NCBI GenBank assembly: GCA_963845755.1
Contig: CAWJTV010000011.1
Coordinates: forward strand, 1,280,001-1,344,000
Reading direction: 5' to 3'
DNA from: an uncultured Planctomycetota bacterium
GTDB lineage: Bacteria > Planctomycetota > Planctomycetia > Isosphaerales > Isosphaeraceae
DNA length: 64,000 nucleotides
Both the position numbers and the translations under genes were made by a program. Numbering within the stretch: position 1 is the first letter of the stretch; each line of letters begins with the position of its first letter. Below the pieces are notes generated by a model that made no database searches, was not told the DNA's origin, and worked only from the letters and a program-made list of their open reading frames with translations. Shown here in pieces: positions 23,173 through 34,973 of this stretch.

Positions 23173-23925
23173 CGATCGCGCATCGTGGGGTTGCGATCTC
23201 AGTGCGCCGTGAAAAGGCTCGGATCTTCGGCGGGTGCGAATTCCGCCCGGAAAACTGGTCGCTCCATCCGGTAGCGATCGGAGCGGCGGCGGAGGTGACA
23301 AAGCCGTCGAAGCCTTCGAGACAACGGGCCGCTGTGGCGGTTCGGCGAGCAGGCAGGCCGCAACGACAGTGAACGCCGTGCAAGCCCCGAAACAACCCGA
23401 TGTGGAAGCCGACCCGGTTGCTATACGGGGAAGGCCGCCGTCCTGGGAGACAGAGGGATTACCCTCACGACTGGAGACCAAGGGTTTGCTCTCATCGAGC
23501 TTGGTGCATAAGTCCGGAAAACCCCGAAAAATCACAGCCTCGGGGCGTGGGAACGAGTCATCGCGTTCCGATCCGATACCTGGATGCCCCAGGGGACGCG
23601 TAGGCCCGACATCGATCGCGATTGCAATGTTGGGTGATCGTGTGTGCCCTGGCGGAGTGGCTCGAGTGGTCGGCTGTTCAACTCGGGTGGGTCACAACCC
23701 GAATTCCGCTAGATCATCATCTGTAATATCGTCAAAATTTACCGATCAGTGGCGACAGTCGCAAGCTGGTACGCCGAAGCGGCTTCGGCGGATCGGGCGG
23801 GCCGCGAATTGGCCCGTATCTTGAAACTTATTCCAATCTTCATCACAGTTTCGTCGTCCGTCAACGCCGCATGGATACACTAGTCCCTCGTAACTTACGC
23901 TTCTCGTTCCTGGAGGATCTTCGAC

Positions 23926-25011
23926 GTGCTCAAGCATCGCCTCTCGCGTTCATCGCATGGCTTTACGCTGATCGAACTGCTTGTCGTCATCGCCATCATC
24001 GCCGTGTTGATCGCTTTGCTGTTGCCGGCCGTGCAGTCGGCACGCGAAGCGGCGCGCCGTTCCGCGTGCATCAACAACCTCAAGCAGGTCGGTCTGGCGA
24101 TGCTCAACTTCGAGAGTTCGCGGCAGGTGTTGCCGCCGACGTGGGCGATCAGCACGCCGCTGCTCCAGCCACCCTTTCAACCGGTGGACCTGACGAATCA
24201 GGCGTTGGTCGGCCCGGACAATTATGAGCCTCCCTGCCCGATCCAGGTCGGCGAAGTCTGTAATAACGCGATCGACGTGCAGACGTGGGTCACGATCTGC
24301 CTCCCCTACTTCGAGCAAGGAAGCATCTACAACGCCTACAACATTTCACAGCCCTTCAGTGCCCCCGTGAATACGACGTTCGTGGGTACGCAGCTCAACA
24401 TGATGATCTGCCCGTCGGCGCCAAACGGCTATCGCACGGCGTCTTACACCGACCCACTCTCTCAAGCCTTTTACGGAGCCAACTGGTCGGTCACACTCGC
24501 CGGGGGCGATTATGCGGTCGACGATGGCGTGGATTCTGGCTGGATGGCTGCGAACAATGTTCCGCACCCCGCGGGCGTGGACACGCGTGGCTTGCTGCAC
24601 GGCAACGTGGCGCCCAGGATTGCTTCCGTCACGGATGGAACTTCGAACACGATCATGGTTTCGGAGGATGCAGGGCGTCCTCAATTCTGGCTGAACGGGC
24701 GCCTGATTCCCGACGGTACTTCGACGGCCAGTCTGGGGATCGGCGAGAGCGGGACCACGATCTACACGAACGAAGGCTCAGGCTGGGGTTGGGCCGATTA
24801 CAACAGTGAATTTTATACCGACGGCGACGGCAGCCGGCAGCACACGAATTGGAGCAGCAATAACGAGGTTTACGCGTTCCATCCCGGCGGAGCGAATCAC
24901 GTTTTCGCCGATGGATCGGTGCATTTTATCAAGCAGACCACCGCTCCTTCCGTCTTCGTCTGGCTCATCAGTCCGGGCGGCGGAGAAGTCATCTCGAGCG
25001 ATACGTATTGA
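23926..25011 (+). CDS. DUF1559 prepilin-type N-terminal cleavage/methylation protein
   Basis: [41 protein letters not shown]-terminal [14 protein letters not shown] (H-X9-DG). Confidence 0.95.
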   Translation: MLKHRLSRSSHGFTLIELLVVIAIIAVLIALLLPAVQSAREAARRSACINNLKQVGLAMLNFESSRQVLPPTWAISTPLLQPPFQPVDLTNQALVGPDNYEPPCPIQVGEVCNNAIDVQTWVTICLPYFEQGSIYNAYNISQPFSAPVNTTFVGTQLNMMICPSAPNGYRTASYTDPLSQAFYGANWSVTLAGGDYAVDDGVDSGWMAANNVPHPAGVDTRGLLHGNVAPRIASVTDGTSNTIMVSEDAGRPQFWLNGRLIPDGTSTASLGIGESGTTIYTNEGSGWGWADYNSEFYTDGDGSRQHTNWSSNNEVYAFHPGGANHVFADGSVHFIKQTTAPSVFVWLISPGGGEVISSDTY

Positions 25012-25102
25012 TCGAAAGTTTTCGCCCTGGCACTCGCTGGCGGCGGTCCGCTTCGAGAGCGTCAGGGCGACCCGTTTCGCAATCGTGTCGAACAGATAGG
25101 GC

Positions 25103-25606
25103 TTGATGATGATTCGCAAGGCATTGCTGCAATCGGGTCGGGTGGATTGGCCCTGGCTGTTGCTCCTTGCGGGCACGATTCTGCTGCCCGCGTGTAGCAA
25201 CTCGCTCGAGGATCATCCGCCTCTGTATCCGGTGAAGGGCAAGGTGATTCTCGACGGTAAGCCAATGACGAGCGGAACCATCATTTTCGAGTACTCCGGC
25301 GATGGCGCCGATGCTCCCAAAGGTGCTGGGGGAGGACCATTTCGAGTCACCTCCAAGATCAAGGATGGTACCTTTAACCTCATCGGCTACGCGGGCTCCG
25401 AGGGCATGCCCGCCGGAAACTACAAGGTTGGCATATCGGCGACGCAGGGACGAAGCGAAGAGAATCTCTTCGGCCGGGAAGTCGTGCTTCCGAAGAAGGG
25501 GAAATCTGCCGTCTCGGTGAGTCGGTACGCCGATCCGAAAACCTCGGGGCTGACCTCTCAAGTCTCGAAAGATGAGCCAAATGAGCCCGTTTTCGATCTG
25601 AAGTGA
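25103..25606 (+). CDS. Planctomycete lipoprotein (carboxypeptidase-regulatory-like beta-sandwich), typical DUF1559 partner
   Basis: Lipobox LPAC, YPVKGKV..DGKP, G.PAGNYKV, RYADPKTSGL. Confidence 0.85.
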   Translation: MMMIRKALLQSGRVDWPWLLLLAGTILLPACSNSLEDHPPLYPVKGKVILDGKPMTSGTIIFEYSGDGADAPKGAGGGPFRVTSKIKDGTFNLIGYAGSEGMPAGNYKVGISATQGRSEENLFGREVVLPKKGKSAVSVSRYADPKTSGLTSQVSKDEPNEPVFDLK

Positions 25607-25744
25607 AGGCTACCTACGACTCCCGGGGATCCACGGGGAAAGAGCCGTCGGGAGCTAATCTCTCGTCGGGGCTCCCGACGTCCTTCGGTGACTCCCTCCC
25701 CAACACTCACGTCCCGTCACGCGACTGCCGCTGGGCTACTCCTC

Positions 25745-25891
25745 ACGCGGCCTTCGGCCGCAACCCAATCGGGATTCCGGATTCGAGATTCCGGATTCCC
25801 GAAGGGAAATGATCCGGGAATCGGGAATCGCGAATCCGGAATTCGGAATCCTCAGATGCCCGCTCGGCGCAGGGATCCTACGGGGGACGAC
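25745..25891 (+). repeat. Asymmetric heptamer element copy
   Basis: Same ends and core as 13670-13816. Confidence 0.85.
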
Positions 25892-26110
25892 TCTACTTCA
25901 GTCTGCCAGGGTCAACCAGACGAGATCTCTCCGCTTTCCACTTGACTCGCGATCGCGGTTCGGGAGGATGGGACGGCGAGCACCTGGATAGATCGCCGAT
26001 GCCGGCGAAAGACCGACCGCCGGGGTGATAGGCTGACTGGTGCCCCGTTCTACGAGATTTGGAATTCGCAAGTGAAATCCATGTCCGATTCAATCTCAAG
26101 TGGCACTCAA

Positions 26111-26536
26111 ATGAAGACTGCTCTTCGTACACTTCTCGCTGTTGTGGCCGGCATGGCGCTGGCTTTCGTGCTGGTGATCGCCGTCGAACTCTTCAGTGCA
26201 GTGGTCCATCCTGTCCCTCCGGGATTCACAGGTACCATGGACGAAATGTGTCAGCATGTCGCCCGATATCCCCACTGGGTTCTGGGGGTTGTCGTCCTGG
26301 CCTGGAGTGCAACAACGTTCGTCAGCACATGGGTCGCCACACGAATTGGAAATCGATTGGCGGGCATCGCAGTCATCCTCATCTTAACGGTTGCGATCGT
26401 ATTCAACGTCTCCAAGCTCCCGTACGCGATGTGGTTCAAAGTCGTAATGCTGACTTGTTTCCCCGTGGCGTGTTACTTGGGAGGCCTGCGCGGAGTACAG
26501 ACTTCCAAGCCTGCGGCCGACTCGAATCCAGAGTAG
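26111..26536 (+). CDS. Hypothetical membrane protein (about 4 TM)
   Basis: Hydrophobic ORF starting MKTALRTLLAVVAG. Confidence 0.7.
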   Translation: MKTALRTLLAVVAGMALAFVLVIAVELFSAVVHPVPPGFTGTMDEMCQHVARYPHWVLGVVVLAWSATTFVSTWVATRIGNRLAGIAVILILTVAIVFNVSKLPYAMWFKVVMLTCFPVACYLGGLRGVQTSKPAADSNPE

Positions 26537-26639
26537 TCCGTTGATCTCGGGGAGACGATTTCGCGGATACCGGGTCAAGAGAACCGATCCTCCACTGCGA
26601 TGTGATCGCGGAACAGCGCGGCCGAAGGCCGCGTCGGGG

Positions 26640-27044
26640 CTAACGCAGCTCGATGATCAGGTAACTCCAATCCGAAGCCACGTCGATGACCACGCCGGAC
26701 GTGCGGGAATCTCGATACTTGGCGGGAACAACGGGCGCGTTCGTGTGAGGGCCCAGATGGGCGTGATACTGGCCCGGGAAGGCACCGGGCTTGTTGTACT
26801 GGAAGTTGACCAGTTGGAACGACCCGTCGTCCTGCAGCGCGGACAAGGCCGAATGGCCACCATCCGAGTCGAAGCAAATGTACGTGTTGGTAATCGGATG
26901 GCCGGAGTAGGTGACTCGACCCGAGACTGCGGATAGATTCAGGTCCCTAGTCGGTGCTTCGAGACAGAAGAGGAATGGCGTCATGGCCGTGATGCCAAGT
27001 CCCCAGGTCATCAGTCTCCGTGCTCCATGCAAATCGATGAACAT
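26640..27044 (-). CDS. Carboxypeptidase-regulatory-like beta-sandwich protein
   Basis: VSGRVTYSGHP..DGSFQL..GAFPGQY..VPAKYRDSRTSG resembles 25103..25606. Confidence 0.7.
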   Translation of the reverse strand: MFIDLHGARRLMTWGLGITAMTPFLFCLEAPTRDLNLSAVSGRVTYSGHPITNTYICFDSDGGHSALSALQDDGSFQLVNFQYNKPGAFPGQYHAHLGPHTNAPVVPAKYRDSRTSGVVIDVASDWSYLIIELR

Positions 27045-27475
27045 TACGATCACTCTCCGGGCAGTCTTCGCACTTGTGTGAGGATTGGGAATGGGTCTTC
27101 GACGCGCAGTCGTGACCCGACCGGGATTTGCGGTAAGGTCGATGAAGCAGCGGGACCACGACGCCTGGACCTCGATGGGTCCGCGATCCTGGTTCCGGGA
27201 TGGTAAGGGCCGAAACGGTCGCAGCCTCCGTGGCTGCCGAGGTCTCCGTAGTGTTGTCGGGGAGGACGATATACGCCCTGACGGATGCCGAGGCGTGCCG
27301 GTCCTCTCGCTACTTAACAACGGCCGGAGACATCGGCCGGAGACAGACTCGTGTCGAAAAAAGCAGGAGTTCAGTCGGGCGAGGGAAGGCGTCGCGAGGA
27401 GGTCAAGGACGAGAGGAATCTCAAGTCATTACGTGGCTGCCGCTTTCGACATCTGATATGGTCGCCGCCGGAGAG

Positions 27476-27979
27476 TCATCGCCGATCGCGAATCGTTGTT
27501 CCGCGGACCGTACCGCCGAGCAGCCGCCTCGTTGTCACCTCATCCCACTCCGTCTTCATCGGGAAGGCGCAGACCTTCGTCTTGCCCTGGCTGCTCGGGT
27601 CCCACACGAAGAAGCTCACCATCGCCTTTGCGACGCGGGCCTTCGGCGGCACTTCCAGCTTCGCCAGGTCGAAGCGGACCAGGAACGCGTTACATCGGTC
27701 GGCGCGTCGCAGTGCGTTGTCGCGGGTCGTCGAGCCGAAGGAACGATCCACCTCGTTGTAGTCGATCAGAGCGTCGCACACGGCGGCCCTCCCCTGCAGC
27801 ACGAGGGTGCGCAACGGCACGGATGCAGGGAGTTCCGCCTCCGGGTTCGCCGGAGTCCTCCCTGTGTCGCCGTCGCGGTCAGGGCCGACCGGCCCGGGAG
27901 TGACCGATATCGGTCCGGCTGGACGCCGGATGAGGTAAGTGCTCACCGCGCCGAGGACGATGAGCGCGCCCGCCGCCAT
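27476..27979 (-). pseudogene. DNRLRE-like domain fragment
   Basis: TM followed by FLVRFDLAKL.VP..A.V.KA..SFFVWD..TEWDE, then loss of similarity. Confidence 0.45.
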
Positions 27980-28155
27980 CCGTGGCGCGAGGCCGCCCTG
28001 ACTTTCGCCTTCGGGTTTGGCACGAAGGCGGCCGATCGACCCATTCTGTTCCCTTGTGCCGCCTACCTCATCACTCAACCTCGGTCTCTTCCTTTCACAC
28101 TGGACGATCACACCGACGCCCGACCCGCCTCCGCAGTGAGAGCGAGCTGAGCGTT

Positions 28156-28539
28156 TCACACCCCGGGCTCCAAATCGGCGAACGTCAGGGGTTGGCCGTT
28201 CTCGTGAATGAGCGATCCCAGATCGATCCCCAACATCGCCGCCAGAAGTAGATCGTCGAGGCAAGGCTGGACAAAGCGGATTCCGAGCTGGAGTGGTCCA
28301 CCAAGGCGGATCGGGATCGCCCCGATCCAGTCGGTCCTGGCCGGGCTCTCGATCCGAAAACGCACGGGTGTTTCGAGAGGAATGGTCTCTTCGGTTGAGA
28401 TTAACGCACCCTCTCGGCTGATGTTGAGCAGCGTAGCTCTCGTTCTCCAGTTGCTACCGCCTGCCCTGAACTCCAGGGCGGCTCGGTTGTTCACGGAGAC
28501 CCATCGAGGCGAGATCCTACGTTCATTGGGAATGACCAT
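28156..28539 (-). CDS. PilZ domain protein
   Basis: ERRISPR (RxxxR) and NISREG (D/NxSxxG) c-di-GMP-binding motifs; GIRF. Confidence 0.82.
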   Translation of the reverse strand: MVIPNERRISPRWVSVNNRAALEFRAGGSNWRTRATLLNISREGALISTEETIPLETPVRFRIESPARTDWIGAIPIRLGGPLQLGIRFVQPCLDDLLLAAMLGIDLGSLIHENGQPLTFADLEPGV

Positions 28540-28613
28540 GCACGAGCATCCATCTTGACTATTTGGGACGCTGATTGCGTGCGACGCACCAGTAGCATAG
28601 AACACATTTTGGA

Positions 28614-28722
28614 GTCCACCACCGTTAGGATCCCTGCGCCGTGCTCGCGGCTGGGGGATCCTTGATTCCGGATTCCGGATTCCGGATTCCGGATTCTCGA
28701 ATCTTTCTTCATTCGGAATTCG
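28614..28722 (-). repeat. Asymmetric heptamer element, partial copy
   Basis: Reverse-complement right end (TAGGATCCCTGCGCC) plus (GATTCCG)n. Confidence 0.6.
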
Positions 28723-29005
28723 GAAGAGGCGACACCACGCTAGCGGGGTGCCAAACCTCAGCAATCCGAGCTCGAGGACGTCCCGGCCGGTCATTGGCCG
28801 CCACCGCCTTCTCTTGCTGATCCGACTGATTTCGCAACTGCAAACGATTAAAGGACTTGCGGGATTTAACGGAGGAGTTCCAGGTCGCTCAACGGTTGAC
28901 TTGCACACACGAGGTCGGCATCGATGGGAAACGAGCCCGATGCGCCCGCGCGTGAATTCCGGTGGGAATCCTCCATTCAAGTGAAGAAGCGGAAGGAGAT
29001 GCCTT

Positions 29006-30074
29006 ATGCCAAGACAATCACTTCTACCCTGGGTTATCTTCCTCGGAGTCGGCTTTCCTGCGGATTCCCTTCTCGTCGCGTCGGTCCGAGCCCAATGGAC
29101 ACTTCAGGTCAGCGGGACCAAGGCCCGGCTGCGGGGTCTCTGCGTGGTGGATTCCCGGGTGGTCTGGGCGAGCGGGACCCAGGGGACTGTGATCCATACG
29201 CGGGACAGCGGCGTCACCTGGCAGGTCCGGCCCGTACCTGGAGCCGCCGATCTCGACTTCCGGGACATTCACGCTGTCGATGACCGAACGGCGTACGTCC
29301 TGTCCATCGGCGAGGGAGAGAAATCTCGGATCTATAAGACAACCGATGAGGGGAAGACCTGGTCCTTACAGCACGTCAATCGAGACCCGAAAGGATTCCT
29401 CGATGCCTTCGCCTTCTGGGACTCAGTACACGGCATCGCCCTGGGCGACCCGGTTGAGGGTCGGTTCATGATCGTGATCACCGATGATGGCGGTATCGCC
29501 TGGAAACGAATCCCGGATGGAAGGATGCCCCTGGCGACACCAAGGCGAGGGTGCCTTCGCCGCGAGCGGCACCTGCCTGCTGGTCCGTGGCGAACGTAAC
29601 GCCTGGTTTGCAACGGGCGGGGCGAAGACAGCGAGGGTGTTTCGTTCCACGGATCGGGGTCTCACCTGGAGCGTCCACGAAACACCCATGTTGGCCGGCA
29701 ATGCCTCTTCGGGCATCTTCTCCCTGGCGTTTCGCGATGAGAACCATGGGGTCGCCGTTGGCGGAGACTACAAGCAGCCCGAACAGTTGGAGAGCGTGGC
29801 CGCACTGACTTCGGACGGAGGCCGGACGTGGCGCCTGCCCCAGGGTCGCGGACCTGGGGGTTACCGATCAGCAGTGGCTTACGTCCCTGGGGCAACTCGG
29901 CCGACTCTCGTCGCCGTCGGTCCCATGGGGTCGGACATCTCGACGGATGATGGCGAAACCTGGATGCCGTTCGGCCGGATGGGGTTCCATGCCGTCGGCT
30001 TCGCCAGCCCCGATGCCGGGTGGGCCGTCGGCGAGGAAGGGGCGCTCGCCACATCAACGAATCTTTTACGCTAA
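29006..30074 (+). CDS. YCF48/BNR (Asp-box) beta-propeller protein (frameshift near 29540)
   Basis: Repeated T/SxDxGxTW Asp-boxes; GEGAFAASGT; VAVGGDY. Confidence 0.85.
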
Positions 30075-30345
30075 CCTGTGTCGTTTTCGAGATCCGCGGG
30101 TCTCCCGCGTGCGATGGGCGCAGGAGAGCGCCGGTTCGATCCGGCCATCCGGATCGGGGATGCACGCGGGCAGCTCTGAGGAATTGGGGAATTTGTCGCA
30201 CCTTGACGGCAGCGTAAGTCCCGAGTAGAACCTCTGTTGAAGCGCCCGACCATCCTAGGCCCTCAATTTTTTTCTTCGCACCTCATGACTTTTCGGGCCT
30301 TTCCCGGTATAAGGTCCACTTACCGGAAGTTCCAGGGGCCCATCG

Positions 30346-30702
30346 ATGCATGTGCCGAGCCACCCCACGCTGGTCCGTCGGATGCTCGACCGCCGCCTCA
30401 AGCAACTGGCTCCGGCTGGGCCGCTCCTGGCGGCCAGCCTGGCCCAGGTGCAGAAACGTTGCGGCCAGCCCTCCTGCGCCTGCCACCACGGTGGCCCGTT
30501 GCACTCCGCCCACCACCTCACCTTCTCGGAGGGGGGTAAGACTCGCACGGTGTATGTGCCCCAGGACCTGCTCACGGAGGTCCAAGAATGGGTGCAAGAA
30601 CACCAACGTCTCAAAGGCCTGATCCACGAAATCAGCCAGTTGACCCTGGCCTTGATCCAGGGCCACGTCTCGCACCGAAAGCGGCGGCGGGGACGACGCT
30701 GA
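30346..30702 (+). CDS. DUF6788-like IS accessory protein
   Basis: KRCGQPSCACHHGGPLH..GKTRTVYVP followed by a helical tail. Confidence 0.85.
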   Translation: MHVPSHPTLVRRMLDRRLKQLAPAGPLLAASLAQVQKRCGQPSCACHHGGPLHSAHHLTFSEGGKTRTVYVPQDLLTEVQEWVQEHQRLKGLIHEISQLTLALIQGHVSHRKRRRGRR

Positions 30703-32062
30703 ACATCGGACCTATCCTGGTGCGAACCCTGGGTCACTTCTTCCCCGATCTCAACACCTGGATCGATGCGATCGATGACCCGCGGTTTGCCCCCTTGGTG
30801 ATCTACCACAAGCGGTTCCTGCTGTGGTGGGGGCTGAGTTTGTTCCTGTGCAAGTTGAGCAGCCGGCGCCAACTGGACTACCAGTTGAACACCGACGGCC
30901 CGGAGGTCCTGCCCAATCTCAATCGTCTGGCGGGTACGGCGAAGAGAGCCGGCCGGTGAACCAGACCTTGGAGTACTTCCTGGGGAAAATCGGCCCCGAC
31001 CCCATCGCCGGGTTGCGGCAGCGGATGGTCCAGCGGTTGATCCGCATGAAGGCTCTGGACGCGGCGCGGCTGCAGGGGCGGTTCGTCGTCTTGATTGACG
31101 GCTCGGGCTATCTGGTGTTTCACTCCCGGCATTGCGACGATTGCCTGACCCAGCGGCACGGTGAGACGACGCTATATATGCACCAGGTGCTGGAGGCCAA
31201 GGTGCTGGGGCCGGCCGGCACGGTCATCTCGATCGCCAGTGAGTTCATCGACAACCACGACGTCGCCAGTGCCCCAGCGGGTGCCAGCGCGGAACGGATC
31301 AAGCAGGATTGCGAGTTGAAGGCCTTGCGACGCCTGGTGGAGAAGTTGCGGATCGAGTTCCCGCAGTTGCGGATTTGCCTCGGCGGTGACGGCCTGTATG
31401 CCTGCGGAGAAGGATTCCAGGTCGCCAAAGATTATCGATGCGACTACATTTACACGTTTCAGCCTGGACGACTTCCCGCCCTCTGGGAGGATTTCCAGGG
31501 GTTGCTGCGGTTGTGTCCCGACCAGCGCGTGGAACGGATGACGCCGCAAGGGGTCCGGCAGGTCTATCGCTGGATCAACGGCCTGCACTACAGGGACAGT
31601 GATGGTCGGGACTGGACCATCAACGCTCTGGAGTGCACCGAGACGGGCAAGGAGGGAAAGCAGACGGAATGGTCGTGGGTGACCTCTCTGGATTTGAGCC
31701 ACGAGACTGTGGTGGAAGTAGCGACCAACGGAGGGAGGGCACGCTGGCGCGAGGAGAACGAGGGATTTAACACCCAGAAGAACAGTGGCCTGAACCTGGA
31801 ACATGCCTACAGCCACAGATGCTGGCCGGCCTACTATTTCCTGTTGCAGATCGCCCATCTGCTGTTGCAACTGGTGGAGAAGGGGAGCCTGTTGCGGCAC
31901 CTGGCCCAAGAGCAGGGGAAGCGAACGGCCGTGGAGCTGTTCGGCTCGTTGAAGAACATGGCGCAACGATTGTTGGAGAGCCTGCGGTTTCGACACTGGC
32001 CGGACGAGGTCTTCGAGCCGGCCGGAGCCGGGCCGATCCAGATCCGACTGGACAGCAGTTAG
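30699..32062 (+). CDS. DDE transposase (DDE_Tnp_1 / ISAs1-related; start unclear, frameshift near 30941)
   Basis: DPR, VLIDGS, KQDCELKA, GDGLY, GRARWREENEGFN.QK..GLNLEH. Confidence 0.88.
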
Positions 32063-32334
32063 CCGCCGGTGGCGGGTGGGCGTGTTCCAGGTTCAGCCGG
32101 GTTCTTCAGGGTCTGATAGCGGTCGCACTCGAAGCCGCCTTCGAGCCCGTCCCCTTACGGCCTTTGCCGGCCCTCGGTCGCCATCCACGCGGCTTCCGCG
32201 TGCCGGCCTACCGCCCGAGGGGCGGATTTCTCAGGGCTGGCACGCGGGGCTCCCGGTTCTAGTCGGGCCATCGGTTTGTTATCCTGGGACGAAGACGTTA
32301 AGGGTCCTGGAACCACCATGCCCCGGGTGTGACG

Positions 32335-34117
32335 ATGAATCAGCAAGTTCGGGAACGCGCCCGACCGGAATCCCCGCGAGAATCCGCGGCGCGAGCGTGG
32401 CGGAGGGAAGGCTCGTCCGCTCGCAACCTGAAGCGTGGGAGCCGGCGCGAGTCGATCGAGTCGTTTGTGGTGGTCTTCCTGGCCTTCCTGATCTGGAGCC
32501 TCGAGGCGGAAGGGTTCGTGATCCCGACCGGCTCGATGGCGCCGACCTTGATGGGCCGTCACAAGGAGATCGCGTGCCCGGAATGCGGGTACGTGTACAC
32601 GGTCAACGCGGACCGCGAGGTCGAGTCGGTCCCGCCCAACGCGGGCGCGGGCCCGCGGATCCAGTGGGGGACCTGCGAGAACTGCCGGTTCGAGGCGGCC
32701 GTCGGCGACGCGCCGAGCTTCTCGGGCGACCGGATCTACGTCATGAAGGACGGGGTCTCGCTCCCATTCTTCCCCGGGGTGGGGCGGGTCCGTCTCGATC
32801 GGTGGGACGTGGCGGTCTTCAAGCTCCCCGAGAAGCCGGAGGTCCGCTACATCAAGCGGCTGGTGGGGATGCCCGATGAAGTGCTGCGGATCCAGGAAGG
32901 GGACGTCTGGGTCAAGCCAAAGGACGGGCCGGCCGAGTTCGAACGGCCGCTCCGGCCGCTGGTGCACCAGCAGGCCATGCAGGTGACGGTCTACGACGAT
33001 CGCCATCGCGCGGCATCGTTGCGCGGGGATCCGAGCTGGCTGCGATGGTCGGCCACGGAGCCCGGCGGCTGGACGGAACCCCGGCCCGGGACGTTCGTGC
33101 CCGATCGCGCGGGTCCTGGGTGGTCCGAGCTGAGGTATCGCCATCTCGTGCCCGCGCCGGAACAATGGCCGGATATCCGCGCCGGGCGTCGCCCAACGGG
33201 CCCGGCGCGGGCGACCCTCATCACGGATTATTCCTCGTACAATACCGACCTCGCGGCCGCGGACCGCAACGACCCGCGCCGTGCCTCCCGATCCTGGCTC
33301 CAACCGCACTGGGTCGGCGACCTGACCGTCTCGATGCGCCTGACCGTCCGGGAGGTCGGCCGGCGGCGTGCGGCTGGACCTGATCCGAGGCGGCCGTTCC
33401 CATCGTTGCGAGATCGACCTGGCCACCGGCGACGCTCGGCTGTTCCAGGGAACGGTCGCCCTGGGTGCCCCCGCGCCGACGCGGATCGCCCGGCCCGGGA
33501 CGTACAACCTGACCTTCTCCCATATCGATGGCCGCCTGACCCTCTGGGTCGATCGCGAGCTCCCGTTCGGCGACGGTCGGAGCTACCCGATGGCCTCCGA
33601 GCCGGCCGTGCCCACCGAGGCCGATCGGGAACCCGTGCGGATCGCCGCCAAGGACGCCGCGGTCGCGATCGACGACCTGGTCCTGAAGCGCGACGCCTAC
33701 TATACGCTCGATCCGTCCGAGCCGGATTACGCGAACCTCGGCGAGGCGGCGCACTACGATCCCTCCGCCCTGTTCGACCTGCTGGCGGATCCGCGCGATT
33801 CGCCGTCCTGACGCATCGGTCGCCGCGTGACTTCCCGATCGCACCGGGACATTACCTCATGCTGGGCGATAATAGCCCGTGGAGCAGCGACGGAAGGGCC
33901 TGGGGCGATACCGACCAGATCGACCCGGACCGGCCGGATCTGGGATGGGACGATTCGGGACGCGCCAGTTGGGAAGTCCCCGAGTCGCTGATCATCGGCA
34001 AGGCGTTCTGCGTCTACTGGCCGCATCTCCAGCCCGTCTGGCCCAATCTGCGCCTGAGTGCCGATCTGCGGTTTCCCGCGCCTCCCGTATATCCAGCGGA
34101 TCCGCTGGATTCATTGA
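32335..34117 (+). CDS. lepB: Signal peptidase I, long planctomycete type with Zn-ribbon insert (several frameshifts)
   Basis: IPTGSMAPTL, RYIKRLVG, LGDNSPWSSDGR, IIGKAF; CPECG..CENC. Confidence 0.88.
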
Positions 34118-34327
34118 AGCGGATCCGCGTCCGGAGGCTCGGGTGCGCCGCGGGCCAGGAAGGCCGGCGGAGAAGGGGGTTGACCCGTCGGAAGATCGCT
34201 TTAGACTTATCGTTACGCATTGTGCCGGTTCACAGTGAGGCGTGGGATTCCTGACCCGGGCTGAAGCGTACGGCGAGGCTGGTTCCCCGGCGGTGTTCCT
34301 GAACCTTTGGCCGCGGCGGTACGTAAG

Positions 34328-34969
34328 ATGGTTAAGGCCATAGGATCTGATTCGGCGGAAGATCTCGGCCAACTCTCCGATGAGGAGTTGATGGGCCGGT
34401 ATCGCGAGGAAGGGCACGCCGACGTCTTCACCGAACTCGTCCATCGGTATGAGCGGGAGCTGTACCGTTACCTGGCCCGTTACCTGGGTGATCCCACGCT
34501 TGCGGAGGATGTCTTCCAGAACACCTTTCTGCAGGTTCACTTGAAACGTGGATTGTTCGAACAGGGCCGGGCCTTTCGCCCCTGGCTCTATGCCATCGCG
34601 ACCCATCAGGCCGTCGACTCGCTACGGAAGGCCGGAAGGCATCCCACGGTGAGCCTCGATCAGCGGGTGGGCGGAGGCGGTCGGGAATCGGATGCCGGCA
34701 ACCTCATCGATCTCCTCGTGGGCGATTCCGCCGGGCCCCTCACCGAGTTGCAAGAAGCCGAACGACAACAGTGGGTCCGCGAGAGTATCGCTCGACTACC
34801 AGAGACACTCCGTCAAACCTTGATCCTGGCTTATCACCAGGATTTAAAATATCGGGAAATCGCCGAGATCCTGAAGATTCCGGTGGGAACTGTGAAGTCA
34901 CGCTTGCATGCCGCGTTGGAGAAGCTCCAGCAGATGGCGCGGTCGGCGAAGCGTCTCGGGGAAGAGTAA
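34328..34969 (+). CDS. ECF RNA polymerase sigma factor
   Basis: AEDVFQNTF, FRPWLYAIA, YREIAEILKIPVGTVKSRLH. Confidence 0.95.
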   Translation: MVKAIGSDSAEDLGQLSDEELMGRYREEGHADVFTELVHRYERELYRYLARYLGDPTLAEDVFQNTFLQVHLKRGLFEQGRAFRPWLYAIATHQAVDSLRKAGRHPTVSLDQRVGGGGRESDAGNLIDLLVGDSAGPLTELQEAERQQWVRESIARLPETLRQTLILAYHQDLKYREIAEILKIPVGTVKSRLHAALEKLQQMARSAKRLGEE

Positions 34970-34973
34970 CGCC

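Larger units (their letters stand above)
30171..32239 (+). mobile_element. Complete insertion sequence (2069 bp): DUF6788 ORF plus DDE transposase
   Basis: TIRs CAGCTCTGAGGAATT / CAGCCCTGAGAAATC; 9-bp TSD GCACGCGGG at 30162-30170 and 32240-32248; second partial copy at 44970-46051. Confidence 0.92.

Noticed and set aside
23173..23925. Riboswitch or ncRNA in long intergenic regions (also 28740-29005 and 17513-18038)
   Set aside because: Only generic hairpins were seen, with no family consensus or convincing FNR box. An Infernal/Rfam scan would be needed.
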